DNA from: Haliotis rufescens
Taxonomy: Eukaryota
Assembly (NCBI RefSeq): GCF_023055435.1
Contig: NW_025963935.1
Coordinates: 7,626,001 to 7,690,000 of the forward strand
DNA length: 64,000 bases
Direction of reading: 5' to 3'
Below, piece after piece: positions 39,658 to 52,693 of the stretch (positions are counted from its first letter, which is position 1; each line of letters starts with the position of its first letter). The position numbers and the translations under genes are program-made. The notes below the pieces were generated by a model. It was given only the letters and a program-made list of their open reading frames with translations, was not told the DNA's origin and made no database searches.

Positions 39658-41146
39658 TGCTAGACGTCTCTATAGTATCGAAAGCAACAATTCATATGTT
39701 ACAGGAGAGACTACAAGCAACAGAATCGAAAAGTGGTGGGCCAAGCAACCTCCATACTACAGCCTTCGTATCCAACCATGCATTTGGGAATAACTCGATT
39801 CTGATTGGTCAGTCAGAGGCTATTAAATCACAATAAATCCCCTCTGATTTAAACAGCTGATTTGACGGCCGCACCACCGCGGAAGCTAATATTCATAGAA
39901 TACAACATTTTTAATCATTGTCGGTAGGCGTATTTCAATAATTATATCTACCCATGTAGGTTACAAAATGAAAAGTTACGGTTACTGCAAAATTCAAAGG
40001 ATGTGTGGCAATACATTTCGTGCATGATAGAAATCAACAATGACAGTGTATTTTAAGTTTTGGGGACAACAGAGGGCTTGGAATTTTGCACTTTTCTATA
40101 TACGACTGTAACGTCATATCTTTTGCGTCACAATGAGCGATATGGCGTCATAACGGTGACGTTCGGTGTAGAACGATAGCTTTGCAAAGCATACCAGAAG
40201 ATGAAGTTACCAAGGGGGTTAACTTCATAGCAAAAATTATCATGTTTTGATTTTGCCAATCCGAGAGATGTTTTCACTAGTACACATACAAAAATAATTA
40301 TCATCAAGGAGGGGATTCCTACTACTTGCCTCGATGCCTTATCGCAATCTCTACATACATGCTATCTCAACGTCAGGATTTGTGGCAGAAAAATTACCTG
40401 CATGATGATTAAACCAATGATTTAATAACATCATACCTATCTATCCTTGTAATGGGTTAAGTATTATTCTTTCAATTTTTTCCCTTGACCTTTCTCAGAC
40501 CTTTCACTCGCCTCTCTTCCCTCCGATTTTACTGTCCCAAGCAAAATGTCCACTCGTGTCACATCTTACACACATACTTGTGGCGAGGCAAATGTTCGTG
40601 GCCCACGGTATCCAACAACTGAAGATATTCCCCACTATGAACTATGCTATCTGTCAACACGACACCCCAGGCCACTTACCTCATGTGAAACAACAGCCTT
40701 TATACAGAACTACACTGAAAATATCCTCGTATGACCCTCGATATCGCCCCACCTATAGGTGTACTACAACCCAAATGTGACCCGTGTCACAGACAGGAAC
40801 TGATGCTCACGTTGCATTCTAGTAAAAACGGCGACCCACAGAAGAGATTTGAAAGTAGTGTATTCATCTCGGCACCAAGAAACCAGTTGGAATGTTGGCT
40901 GTAGGCTAAAAGGCGAGTTTGCCTTAAAGACGAACAGATGCTCACGTTACGTGAGAGGAAGAAGGGCAACCGCTACGCTAGAACAGTTGTGGAGGTAGTG
41001 TGTATATCTCTGAACCATTGACACCATTTATAGTCTTTGCTGATGGTTCAAAGGCAATTTGGCCTAAAACAAGTACGTTTTGCATACAGAGTGACAGAAC
41101 GTCTTGTAGAACAGCCGTGATGGTAGTGTATTTCACTTTGGTCTTG

Positions 41147-44100
41147 GGTGGTGCATCAAGGGTGGTGCCCCAGAGGTGGTGCATCAAGGATGGTGCATCA
41201 AGGGTGGTGCTTCAAGGGTGGTGCCTCAAGGGTGGTCAATCAAGGGTGGTGCTTCAAGGGTGGTGCTTCATGGGTGGTGCATCAAGGGTGGTCCATCAAG
41301 GGTGGTGCATCAAGGGTGGTGCATCAAGGGTGGTGCATCAAAGATGGTGCATCAAGGGTGGTGCTTCGATGGTCGCCTCAAGGGTGGTGCTTCAAGGGTG
41401 GTGCTTCAAGGGTGGTGCATCAAGGGTGGTCCATCAAGGGTGGTGCATCAATGATGGTGCATCAAGGGTGGTGCTTCAAAGGTGGTGCTTCAAGGGTGGT
41501 GCTTCATGGGTGGTGCATCAAGGGTGGTCCATCAAGGATGGTGCATCAAGGGTGGTGCATCAAGGGTGGTGCATCAAGGATGGTGCATCAAGGGTGGTGC
41601 TTCAATGGTGGTGCCTCAAGGGTGGTGCTTCAAGGGTGGTCCATCAAGGGTGGTGCCTCAAGGGCGGTGCATCAAGGGTGGTGCATCAAGGGTGGTGCAT
41701 CAAAGGTGGTGCATCAAGGATGGTGCTTAAATGGTCGCCTCAAGGGTGGTGCATGAAGGGTGGTGCCTCAAGGGTGGTGAATCAAGGGTGGTGCTTCAAT
41801 GGTCGCCTCAAGGGTGGTGCATGAAGGGTGGTGCTTTATTTGTGGCGTCTCAAGGGTGGTGCATCAATGGTGGTGCCTCAAAGGTGGTGCATCAATGATG
41901 GTGCATCAAGGGTGGTGCATCAAGGGTGATGCTTTAATTGTGGTGCCTCAAGGGTGGTGCATCAATGGTGGTGTCTCAAAGGTGGTGCGTCAATGGTGGT
42001 GCATCAAAGGTGGTGCATCAAGGGTGGTGCATCAAGGATGGTGCTTCAATGGTGGTGCTTCAATGGTGGTGCCTCAAAGGTGGTGCCTCAAGGGCGGTGT
42101 TTCAAAGGAGGTGGATCCAGGGTCGTGCCTAAAAGGTGGTACATCAAGGGTGGTGCCTGAAAGGTGGTGCATCATTGGTGGTGCATCAAAGTCGGTGCAT
42201 CAAGGTTGGTGCATCAAGGGTGGTGCTTTAATTGCGGTGCCTCAAGGGTGGTGCATCAAGAGTGGTGCATTGAGGATGGTGCTTCAATGGTGGTACATCA
42301 ATGGTGGTGCATTAAGGGTGGTGCATCAAAGGTGGTGCATCAATTGTGGTGCCTTAAAGATGGTGCATCAATGGTGGTGCATCAAGGATGGTGCTTCATT
42401 GGTGCTGCTTCAAAGGTGGCGCCTCAAGGGCGATGCTTCATGGATGGTGCATCAAGGGTGGTGCTTCAATGGTGGTTCTTCAATGGTGGTACATCAATGG
42501 TGGTGCATTAAGGGTGGTGCATCAAAGGTGGTGCATCAATGGTGGTGCCTCAAAGATGGTGCATCAATGGTGGTGCATCAAGGATGGTGCTTCATTTGTG
42601 CTGCTTCAAAGGTGGTGCCTCAAGGGCGGTGCTTCAAGGGTGGTGCATCAAGGGTGGTGCTTCAACGGTGGTGCTTCAATGGTGGTGCCCCAAAGGTGGT
42701 GCCTCAAGGGTGGTGCTTCAATGGTGGTGCTTCAATGGTGGTGCTTTAATGGGGGTACCTCAAAGGCGGTGCCTTAATGGCGGTGCTTCAAGGGTGGTGC
42801 ATCAAGTGTGGTGCTTCAATGGTGGTGCTTCAAAGGTGGTGCTTCAAAGGTGGTGCCTCAAGGGCGGTGCATCAAGGGTGGTGCTTCAAGGATGGTGCAT
42901 CAAGGGTGGTGCTTCAATGGTGGTGCTTCAATGGTGTTGTCTAAAAGGTGGTGACTCAAGGGTGGTGCTTCAATGGTGGTGCATCAAGTTTGGTGCTTCA
43001 AAGGTGGTGCCTCAAGGGCGGTGTTTCAAAGGAGGTTGATCCAGGATCGTGCCTAAAAGGTGGTACATCAAGGGTGGTGCCTGAAAGGTGGTGCATCAAT
43101 GGTGGTGCATCAAAGTCGGTGCATCAAGGTTGGTGCATCAAGGGTGGTGCTTTAATTGCGGTGCCTCAAGGGTGGTGCATCAAGAGTGGTGCATTGAGGA
43201 TGGTGCTTCAATGGTGGTACATCAATGGTGGTGCATTAAGGGTGGTGCATCAAAGGTGGTGCATCAATTGTGGTGCCTTAAAGATGGTGCATCAATGGTG
43301 GTGCATCAAGGATGGTGCTTCATTGGTGCTGCTTCAAAGGTGGCGCCTCAAGGGCGTTGCTTCAAGGGTGGTGCATCAAGGGTGGTGCTTCAATGGTGGT
43401 TCTTCAATGGTGGTGCCTCAAAGGTGGTGCCTCAAGGGTCGTGCTTCCATGGTGGTGCTTCAATGGTGGTGCTTTAATGGGGGTACCTCAAGGGCGGTGC
43501 CTCAAGGGCGGTGCTTCAAGGGTGGTGCATCAAGGGTGGTGCTTCAATGGTGGTGCTTCAATGGTGGTGCTTCAAAGGTGGTGCCTCAAGGGCGGTGCAT
43601 CAAGGGTGGTGCTTCAATGGTAGTGTCTTTAAGGTGGTGCCTCAAGGGCGGTGCATCAAGGGTGGTGCTTCAATGGTTGTGCATCATTGATGGTGCTTCA
43701 ATGGTGGTGCTTCAATGGTGGTGCCTCAAAGGTGGTGCCTCAAGGGCGGTGTTTCAAAGGAGGTGGATCCAGGGTCGTGCCTAAAAGGTGGTACATCAAG
43801 GGTGGTGCATCAAGGATGGTGCTTCAATGGTGGTGCATCAAAGTCGGTGCATCAAAGGTTTTGCATCAAGGGTAGTGCTTTAATTGCGGTGCCTCAAGGG
43901 TGGTGCCTCAAGAGTGGTGCTTTAATTGTAGTGCCTCAAGGGTGGTGCATCAATGGTGGTGCCTCAAAGGTGGTACATCAATGGTGGTGCATCAAAGGTG
44001 GTGCATCAAGGGTGATGCATCAAGGATGGTGCTTCAATGGTGGAGCTTCAATGGTGGTGCCTCAAAGATGGTGCCTCAAGGGCGGTGTTTCAAAGGAGGT

Positions 44101-47100
44101 GGATCCAGGGTCGTGCCTAAAAGGTGGTACATCAAGGGTAGTGCATCAAGGATGGTGCTTCAATGGTGGTACATAAATGGTGGTGCATTAAGGGTGGTGC
44201 ATCAAAGGTGGTGCATTAATGGTGGTGCCTCAAAGATGGTGCTTCATTGGTGGTGCATCAAAGGAGGTGGATCAAGGGTCGTGCCTAAAAGGTAATACAT
44301 CAAGGGTGGTGTATCTATGGTGCTGCTTCAAAGGTGGCGCCTCAAGGGCGGTGCCTCAAGGGCGGTGCTTCAAGGGTGGTGCATCAAGGGTGGTGCTTCA
44401 ATGGTGGTGCTTCAATGGTGGTGCCTCAAAGGTGGTGCCTTAAGTGAGTGAGTGAGTGAGTTGGGTTTAACGCCGCTTTTAACACTATTCCAGTTATATC
44501 GCGGCTGTGGTGCCTTAAGGGTGGTGCTTCCATGGTGGTGCTTCAATGGGGGTACCTCAACGGTGGTGCTTCAGTGGTGGTGCTTCAATGGTGGTGCCTC
44601 AAAGGTGGTGCCTCAAGGGCGGTGCTTCAATGGTGGTGCATGAAGGATGGTGCTTCAATGGTGGTGCCTTAAAGGTGGTGCCTCAAGGGTGGTGCTTCAA
44701 TGGTGGTGCTTCAATGGGGGTACCTCAAGGGCGGTGCCTCAAGGGCGATGCATCAAGGATGTGCTTCAATGGTGGTGCTTCAATGGTGGTTCCTAAAAGG
44801 TGGTGCCTCAAGGGCGGTGCATCAAGGGTGGTGCTTCAAGGGTGGTGCCTCAAGGGCGGCGCTTCAAGGGTGGTGCTTCAATTGTGGTGCTTCAATGGTG
44901 GTGTCGCAAAGGGTGTGCCTCAAGGGCGGTGCAACAAGGATGGTCCTTCAATGGTGGTGCCTTAAAGGTGGTGCTTCAAGAGTGGTGCCTCAAGGGCGGT
45001 GCTTCAAGGGTGGTGCATTAAGGGTGGTGCTTCAATGGTGGTGCTTTAATGGTGGTGCCTCAAGGGCGGTGCATCATGTAGGTGCTCCAAGGTAGGTGCT
45101 TCAATGGTGGTGCATCAAGGATGGTGCTTCAATGGTGGTTCTTCAATGGTGGTACATCAATGGTGGTGCATTAAGGGTGGTGCATCAAAGGTGGTGCATC
45201 AATGGTGGTGCCTCAAAGATGGTGCATCAATGGTGGTGCATCAAGGATGGTGCTACATTGGTGCTGCTTCAAAGGTGGTGCCTCAAGGGCGGTGCTTCAA
45301 GGGTGGTGCATCAAGGGTGGTGCTATAACGGTGGTGCTTCAATGGTGGTGCCCCAAAGGTGGTGCCTCAAGGGTGGTGCTTCAATGGTGGTGCTTTAATG
45401 GGGGTACCTCAAAGGCGGTGCCTTAATGGCGGTGCTTCAAGGGTGGTGCATCAAGTGTGGTGCTTCAATGGTGGTGCTTCAAAGGTGGTGCTTCAAAGGT
45501 GGTGCCTCAAGGGCGGTGCATCAAGGGTGGTGCTTCAAGGATGGTGCATCAAGGGTGGTGCTTCAATGGTGGTGCTTCAATGGTGTTGTCTAAAAGGTGG
45601 TGACTCAAGGGTGGTGCTTCAATGGTTGTGCATCAAGTTTGGTGCTTCGAAGATGGTGCTCCAATGGTGGTGACTCAAAGGTGGTGCCTCAAGGGCGGTG
45701 TTTCAAAGGAGGTTGATCCAGGATCGTGCCTAAAAGGTGGTACATTAAGGGTGGTGCCTGAAAGGTGGTGCATCAATGGTGGTGCATCAAAGTCGGTGCA
45801 TCAAGGTTGGTGCATCAAGGGTGGTGCTTTAATTGCGGTGCCTCAAGGGTGGTGCATCAAGAGTGGTGCATTGAGGATGGTGCTTCAATGGTGGTACATC
45901 AATGGTGGTGCATTAAGGGTGGTGCATCAAAGGTGGTGCATCAATTGTGGTGCCTTAAAGATGGTGCATCAATGGTGGTGCATCAAGGATGGTGCTTCAT
46001 TGGTGCTGCTTCAAAGGTGGCGCCTCAAGGGCGATGCTTCATGGGTGGTGCATCAAGGGTGGTGCTTCAATGGTGGTGCTTCAATGGTGGTGCCTCAAAG
46101 GTGGTGCCTCAAGGGTGGTGCTTCCATGGTGGTGCTTCAATGGTTGTGTCTTAAAGGTGGTGCCTCAAGGGCGGTGCATCAAGGGTGGTGCTTCAATGGT
46201 TGTGCATCATTGATGGTGCTTCAATGGTGGAGCTTCAATGGTGGTGCCTCAAAGGTGGTGCCTCAAGGGCGGTGTTTCAAAGGAGGTGGATCCAGGGTCG
46301 TGCCTAAAAGGTGGTACATCAAGGGTGGTGCATCAAGGATGGTGCTTCAATGGTGGTCCATCAAAGTCGGTGCATCAAAGGTTTTGCATCAAGGGTAGTG
46401 CTTTAATTGCGGTGCCTCAAAGGTGGTGCCTCAAGGGTGGTGCTTTAATTGTAGTGACTCAAGGGTGGTGCATCAATGGTGGTGCTTCAATGGTGGTGCC
46501 TCAAAGGTGGTGCCTTAAGGGTGGTGCTTCCATGGTGGTGCTTAAATGGGGGTACGTCAAGGGCGGTGCTTCAAGGGTGGTGCATCAAGGGTGGTGCTTC
46601 AATGGTGGTTCTTCAATGGTGGTGCCTCAAAGGTGGTGCCTCAAGGGCGGTGCGTCAATGGTGGTGCATGAAGGATGGTGCTTCAATGGTGGTGCCTTAA
46701 AGGTGGTGCCTCAAGGGTGGTGCTTCAATGGTGGTGCTTCAATGGGGGTACCTCAAGGGCGGTGCCTCAAGGGCGGTGCATCAAGGATGTGCTTCAATGG
46801 TGGTGCTTCAATGGTGGTTCCTCAAAGGTGGTGCCTCAAGGGCGGTGCATCAAGGGTGGTGCTTCAAGGGTGGTGCTTAAATGGGGGTACGTCAAGGGCG
46901 GTGCTTCAAGGGTGGTGCATCAAGGGTGGTGCTTCAATGGTGGTTCTTCAATGGTGGTGCCTCAAAGGTCGTGCCTCAAGGGCGGTGCGTCAATGGTGGT
47001 GCATGAAGGATGGTGCTTCAATGGTGGTGCCTTAAAGGTGGTGCCTCAAGGGTGGTGCTTCAATGGTGGTGCTTCAATGGGGGTACCTCAAGGGCCGTGC

Positions 47101-49805
47101 CTCAAGGGCGGTGCATCAAGGATGTGCTTCAATGGTGGTGCTTCAATGGTGGTTCCTCAAAGGTGGTGCCTCAAGGGCGGTGCCTCAAGGGCGGCGCTTC
47201 AAGGGTGGTGCTTCAATTGTGGTGCTTCAATGGTGGTGCTTCAATGGTGGTGTCGCAAAGGTGGTGCCTCAAGGGCGGTGCAACAAGGATGGTGCATCAA
47301 TGGTGGTGCATCAAGGATGGTGCTTCATTGGTGCTGCTTCAAAGGTGGCGCCTCAAGGGCGATGCTTCAAGGGTGGTGCATCAAGGGTGGTGCTTCAATG
47401 GTGGTTCTTCAATGGTGGTGCCTCAAAGGTGGTGCCTCAAGGGTCGTGCTTCCATGGTGGTGCTTCAATGGTGGTGCTTTAATGGGGGTACCTCAAGGGC
47501 GGTGCCTCAAGGGCGGTGCTTCAAGGGTGGTGCATCAAGGGTGGTGCTTCAATGGTGGTGCTTCAATGGTGGTGCTTCAAAGGTGGTGCCTCAAGGGCGG
47601 TGCATCAAGGGTGGTGCTTCAATGGTAGTGTCTTTAAGGTGGTGCCTCAAGGGCGGTGCATCAAGGGTGGTGCTTCAATGGTTGTGCATCATTGATGGTG
47701 CTTCAATGGTGGTGCTTCAATGGTGGTGCCTCAAAGGTGGTGCCTCAAGGGCGGTGTTTCAAAGGAGGTGGATCCAGGGTCGTGCCTAAAAGGTGGTACA
47801 TCAAGGGTGGTGCATCAAGGATGGTGCTTCAATGGTGGTGCATCAAAGTCGGTGCATCAAAGGTTTTGCATCAAGGGTAGTGCTTTAATTGCGGTGCCTC
47901 AAGGGTGGTGCCTCAAGAGTGGTGCTTTAATTGTAGTGCCTCAAGGGTGGTGCATCAATGGTGGTGCCTCAAAGGTGGTACATCAATGGTGGTGCATCAA
48001 AGGTGGTGCATCAAGGGTGATGCATCAAGGATGTTGCTTCAATGGTGGAGCTTCAATGGTGGTGCCTCAAAGATGGTGCCTCAAGGGCGGTGTTTCAAAG
48101 GAGGTGGATCCAGGGTCGTGCCTAAAAGGTGGTACATCAAGGGTAGTGCATCAAGGATGGTGCTTCAATGGTGGACATCAATGGTGGTGCATTAAGGGTG
48201 GTGCATCAAAGGTGGTGCATTAATGGTGGTGCCTCAAAGATGGTGCTTCATTGGTGGTGCATCAAAGGAGGTGGATCAAGGGTCGTGCCTAAAAGGTAAT
48301 ACATCAAGGGTGGTGTATCTATGGTGCTGCTTCAAAGGTGGCGCCTCAAGGGCGGTGCTTCAAGGGTGGTGCATCAAGGGTGGTGCTTCAATGGTGGTGC
48401 TTCAATGGTGGTGCCTCAAAGGTGGTGCCTTAAGTGAGTGAGTGAGTGAGTTGGGTTTAACGCCGCTTTTAACACTATTCCAGTTATATCGCGGCTGTGG
48501 TGCCTTAAGGGTGGTGCTTCCATGGTGGTGCTTCAATGGGGGTACCTCAAGAGCGGTGCTTCAAGGGTGGTGCATCAAGGGTGGTGCTTCAATGGTGGTG
48601 CTTCAATGGTGGTGCCTCAAAGGTGGTGCCTCAAGGGCGGTGCTTCAATGGTGGTGCATGAAGGATGGTGCTTCAATGGTGGTGCCTTAAAGGTGGTGCC
48701 TCAAGGGTGGTGCTTCAATGGTGGTGCTTCAATGGGGGTACCTCAAGGGCGGTGCCTCAAGGGCGATGCATCAAGGATGTGCTTCAATGGTGGTGCTTCA
48801 ATGGTGGTTCCTCAAAGGTGGTGCCTCAAGGGCGGTGCATCAAGGGTGGTGCTTCAAGGGTGGTGCCTCAAGGGCGGCGCTTCAAGGGTGGTGCTTCAAT
48901 TGTGGTGCTTCAATGGTGGTGTCGCAAAGGTGGTGCCTCAAGGGCGGTGCAACAAGGATGGTCCTTCAATGGTGGTGCTTCAATGGTGGTGCCTTAAAGG
49001 TGGTGCTTCAAGGGTGGTGCCTCAAGGGCGGTGCTTCAAGGGTGGTGCATCAAGGGTGGTGCTTCAATGGTGGTGCTTTAATGGTGGTGACTCAAGGGCG
49101 GTGCATCATGTAGGTGCTCCAAGGTAGGTGCTTCAATGGTGGTGCATCAAGGATGGTGCTTCAATGGTGGTGCTTTAATGGTGGTGCCTCAAAGGTGGTG
49201 CCTCAAAGGGTGGTGCTTCAATAGTATCGTCAAGGGTAGTGCCTCAAGGGCGATGCATCAAGGTTGGTGCTTCAAGGGCGTTCTTCAATGGTGGTGCATC
49301 AAGGGTGGTGCATCAAGGGTGGTGCTTCAATGGTGGTCCTTCAAGGGTGGTCCATCAAGGGTGGTGCATCAAGGGTGGTGCTTCAAGGGTGGTGCCTCAA
49401 GGGTGGTCCATCAAGGGTGGTGCATCAAGGGTGGTGCCTCAAGGGTGGTGCTTCAAGGGTGGTGCTTCAATGGTGGTCCTTCAAGGGTTGTGCATCAAGG
49501 GCGGTGCATCAAGGGTGGTGCTTCAAGCTGGTGCCTCAAAGGTGGTGCCTCAAGGGTGGTGCCTCAAGGGCGGTGCATCAAGGGTGGTTCTTCAATGGTG
49601 GTGGCTCAAAGGTGGTGGCTGAAGGGCGGGGCTTGAAGGGTGGTGCATCAAAGGCGGTGCATCAAGGCTGGTGCCTCAAGGGTGTTGCTTCAATGGTTGT
49701 GCATCAATGGTGGTGCTTTAAGGGTGGTGCCTCAAGGGCAGTGCATCAAGGGTGGTGCTTCAATGGTGGTGCATCAATGGTGCATCAAGCCTGGTGCATC
49801 AAGCC
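41147..49805 (+). repeat. 14-bp G-rich minisatellite (caa[g/t/a]ggtggtgc[a/t/c]t), ~8.6 kb, ~600 units, with higher-order duplications
   Basis: 14-bp periodicity; all GGASRVVHQGWC ORFs are translations of it. Confidence 0.98.
44443..44506 (-). mobile_element. SINE family 2 3' tail inserted in the 14-bp array (identical copy at 48433-48496)
   Basis: (agtg)4 agttgggtttaacgccgcttttaacactattccagttatatcgcgg. Confidence 0.88.
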
Positions 49806-50510
49806 TGGTCCATGTCGGACTGAACATTTCTGACAGATTTTCTTGGAGAAAAAACAGTAAAAGCGCTTGATTTTAACGGACCAGTTTTCTTTAAAGCGAT
49901 ATACTGTGACACTATAAAGGGTTGTATAGGTAGATATAATACTAATCTACAGATGTAAACACATGTGATGATACATCTTTGTGTTTAAAGTTGATTTTGA
50001 CAGCCCGGGCAAAGTCGGACCCAACACAAGCCAAACACTTCTGATAGAGAATATGTTGAGAATGTAAAGGGAAAAGGGCTTCACTTTGAGCACCTTGTTT
50101 TCTTTAAATACCGCGATCTGATACACTGTAAAGTGGTATATAGGTAGATAGTATACTAGTTTATAGATGTGAATACATTTGCTGTGTTTAAAGTTGATTT
50201 TGACAGCCCGGGCCAAGTCGGACCCAACCTTGTTTTCTTTTAATACCGCGATCTGAGACACTTTTAAGTGGTATATAGGTAGATATGAAACTAGTTTGTA
50301 GATGTGAATTCATTTGATGATACATCTGTGAGGTTTAAGTTGATTTTGACAGCTTGGGCTAAGTCGGACCGAACACTTCTGATAGAGACTATGTTGAGAA
50401 TGTAGAGGGAAAGGGGCTTCAGTATGAGCACCGTGGTTTCTTTAAATACCGCAATATGAGACACTAAAGTGGTATATGGGTAGATATAATACCAGTCTTA
50501 AGATGTGAAG
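49806..50510 (-). repeat. ~200-bp-unit tandem/dispersed repeat module (family also at 59005-59450 and 60310-61120)
   Basis: recurrent gttgattttgacagcccgggccaagtcggaccc...gaatgtagagggaaaagggcttcactttgagcacc. Confidence 0.85.
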
Positions 50511-50649
50511 AATGTTTAGTAACTTTAGAAGAGCTAGGACAGTTATTAACACGTGTCGTGTCAGCCCTATGACATTCGCGAACATCCACTTCCAGTAAAC
50601 ATCATGAACTAGTAAAGGTTAATTAGGGATGCCCAACACGTTAATTAAC

Positions 50650-50817
50650 GAGTGAGTGAGTGAGTATGGTTTTACGCCGCTTTTAGCAATATTCCAGCAA
50701 TATAACGGCGGGGGACACCAGTAATGGGCTTCACACATCGTACCCATGTCGGGAATCGAACCCGGGTCTTCGGCGTGACGAACGAACGCTTTAACCACTT
50801 GGCAACCCGACGGCCCC
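50650..50817 (-). mobile_element. SINE family 1 with gttaattaa TSD
   Basis: reverse complement of the 58400 copy; flanking direct repeat. Confidence 0.92.
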
Positions 50818-52430
50818 GTTAATTAATGAAAGAAGAGTAGTCAAAACACTGTCATTTCCAGGACATCACACCCCTACATGCTAAGGTCGGGGAGAAAACT
50901 TCTCACCAAAGACAACACACAGTCAAGACACTGACTTTTCAACGAGGACTCACGGTTTGTAATCATAATTATCAGTTTATTGCATTGTTAAAGATGCATT
51001 TTGATTCAAACTCAATTAAATGAGCAAAACTATACGTTTGTGGACATTTGAGATCTGCCTAGATACGAACGTTTCGTTTTAATATTCTGCAAAACATTTT
51101 TTGTATTACCAGCTGGCCCGCCCCGGCCCGATTTTTCTTGGCCCGACTTCTAGGCAATCCCTCAAACGAAGCAGGATGGCAACCCCGATCTAAGAAGCGG
51201 TTCAACATTAACTGGGAATGATAGAGCCTGCTGGTACAATACGATTACCAGTGAAACTGGGTATGACTGAACAACCGCGTTTTTTAGGCTGAAGACTAGC
51301 CGGGTACTTTGACACGAGGAATCTGCATGGTTTGACCTGTCAATTATAAGCTTTCACGTATTCAAAGCCAGAGTTTGAAAGCAATGAGACATTTGTGACC
51401 AAGAAATAGTAGTTTGTGTATGATTTTCTTAATTTTGCATGTTCTGTAATGAATTTCATCACGTTTGATAAGCTGTGACGTCAGTGATGTCGGGACATTG
51501 TTTTGATGGCCTGTCGAATGGAGGGGTGTTTTCTGATGGATTTTCAAAAACCGTCCTGCCAAATCCTAACGGTGGAGATTGCAATGAATATCAAACACAA
51601 AAGGGTTTGTAAACAACATGTTGTCACAAATAAAGTTTCTTCAAACACATTTTTATTATGTTATATTTTACTTTCATTGTCGGTTGTTTCAATGATAATC
51701 GAAATTACCTATTCTAGTCTGTTCGCTTCAACATGTCCCTGACAGTTTCATAAACATTTCATTTGTATACAAAAGATATGCCTTCATAGATTCTTGTAAT
51801 CTCATCACCAAAGCAGTCAGGATTACGGCCTAGAACAATATTTCGTCACCAAAGACATCTGTTATCTTCTGTATTTCTTCAATTGGACGCTAGGCCGTGT
51901 ATTAATTTCGCGAGGGCCATTGACATGACATGTATTGGAGACCTGGCTTGTATTAGAGACCAAGCGTGTAACAGAGGAAATATCAATTTGTTTCACAGTG
52001 GTTGGCAGCTATTTTTTTATGAATTGAATTTGTAGGCTATCGATGTATTCATGCGCACGTTTTTTGTGTGAAATGTCTTAGTGTATTTAAAAGGGGTACC
52101 CGTAGCAAAAAAAGCCCCTCTTTTGAACCAGTCAGAATCGAGCATTCTTCAATGTCATGGTAGAATTTCATTTCGATCAAACTTTGGGTCACATCTTCCA
52201 TTTTGAAATTTGTCACTGAGATGGGATAGACTTCACTGTAAGTATCTGCCGTTTCATTGTTATACCTACCACTGAACCGCCAACCGCACACCCCCCACAC
52301 CCCCACCACCCCCAAACACACACCCAACCCCCTTCCCACCACAACTCCACACCACACACCACCCCTCCAGCTGACAGAAAGCGTTTAATGATCTTCATAC
52401 AACTAAAGAAAATATCATAATGCTACTTAC

Positions 52431-52641
52431 TCAGGCACGGACACTGTTCATCGATGATTTCAAGGGCACTATTAATGCCGTGGGAAATGTTGGCCAGTCT
52501 GTCACAGAGGGCTTGAAGCTTCTGGTTTACACGACCTGGTACTGGGCAATTTGATGAATTTCCAGAGAGTGTTCCGGCTGATGCTTGTTGGGCGAGGAAG
52601 GCCAGGAGGAGGCACGGGAAGTAGTTGGAGGAGAACATCAT
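52431..52641 (-). CDS. gene B exon 1: signal peptide plus Cys-bounded helical segment; probable distant paralog of gene A; downstream exons unresolved
   Basis: MMFSSNYFPCLLLAFLAQQASA|GTLSGNSSNCPVPGRVNQKLQALCDRLANISHGINSALEIIDEQCPCL, strong phase-1 donor A|gtaagt; shares C-x(4)-RVN-xx-L-x-AL...CP with gene A exon 3. Confidence 0.7.
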
Positions 52642-52660
52642 TGTGATTCTTCAAACAGCT

Positions 52661-52693
52661 ACTGACAATTATCAAAAACAGACCTCATTTATG
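52661..52693 (-). promoter_or_regulatory. candidate core promoter of gene B (CATAAAT at -30 plus TCAGT initiator)
   Basis: minus-strand cataaat (52693-52687) starts 30 nt upstream of the A of tcagt (52663), which is ~22 nt before the ATG. Confidence 0.5.

Larger units (their letters stand above)
35350..40910 (-). repeat. right arm of the inverted duplication (carries intact exons 1-6 of gene A)
   Basis: reverse-complement match to 22380-28850. Confidence 0.95.

Noticed and set aside
41000-49870. Dozens of Gly/Trp/Cys-rich ORFs (GGASRVVHQGWC...)
   Set aside because: Translations of a 14-bp (non-triplet) minisatellite; the same peptide cycles through all three frames
51130-51340. Candidate gene B exon after ttgacag (minus strand)
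   Set aside because: The phase-1 join to exon 1 hits a stop within 12 codons; other frames show no family similarity
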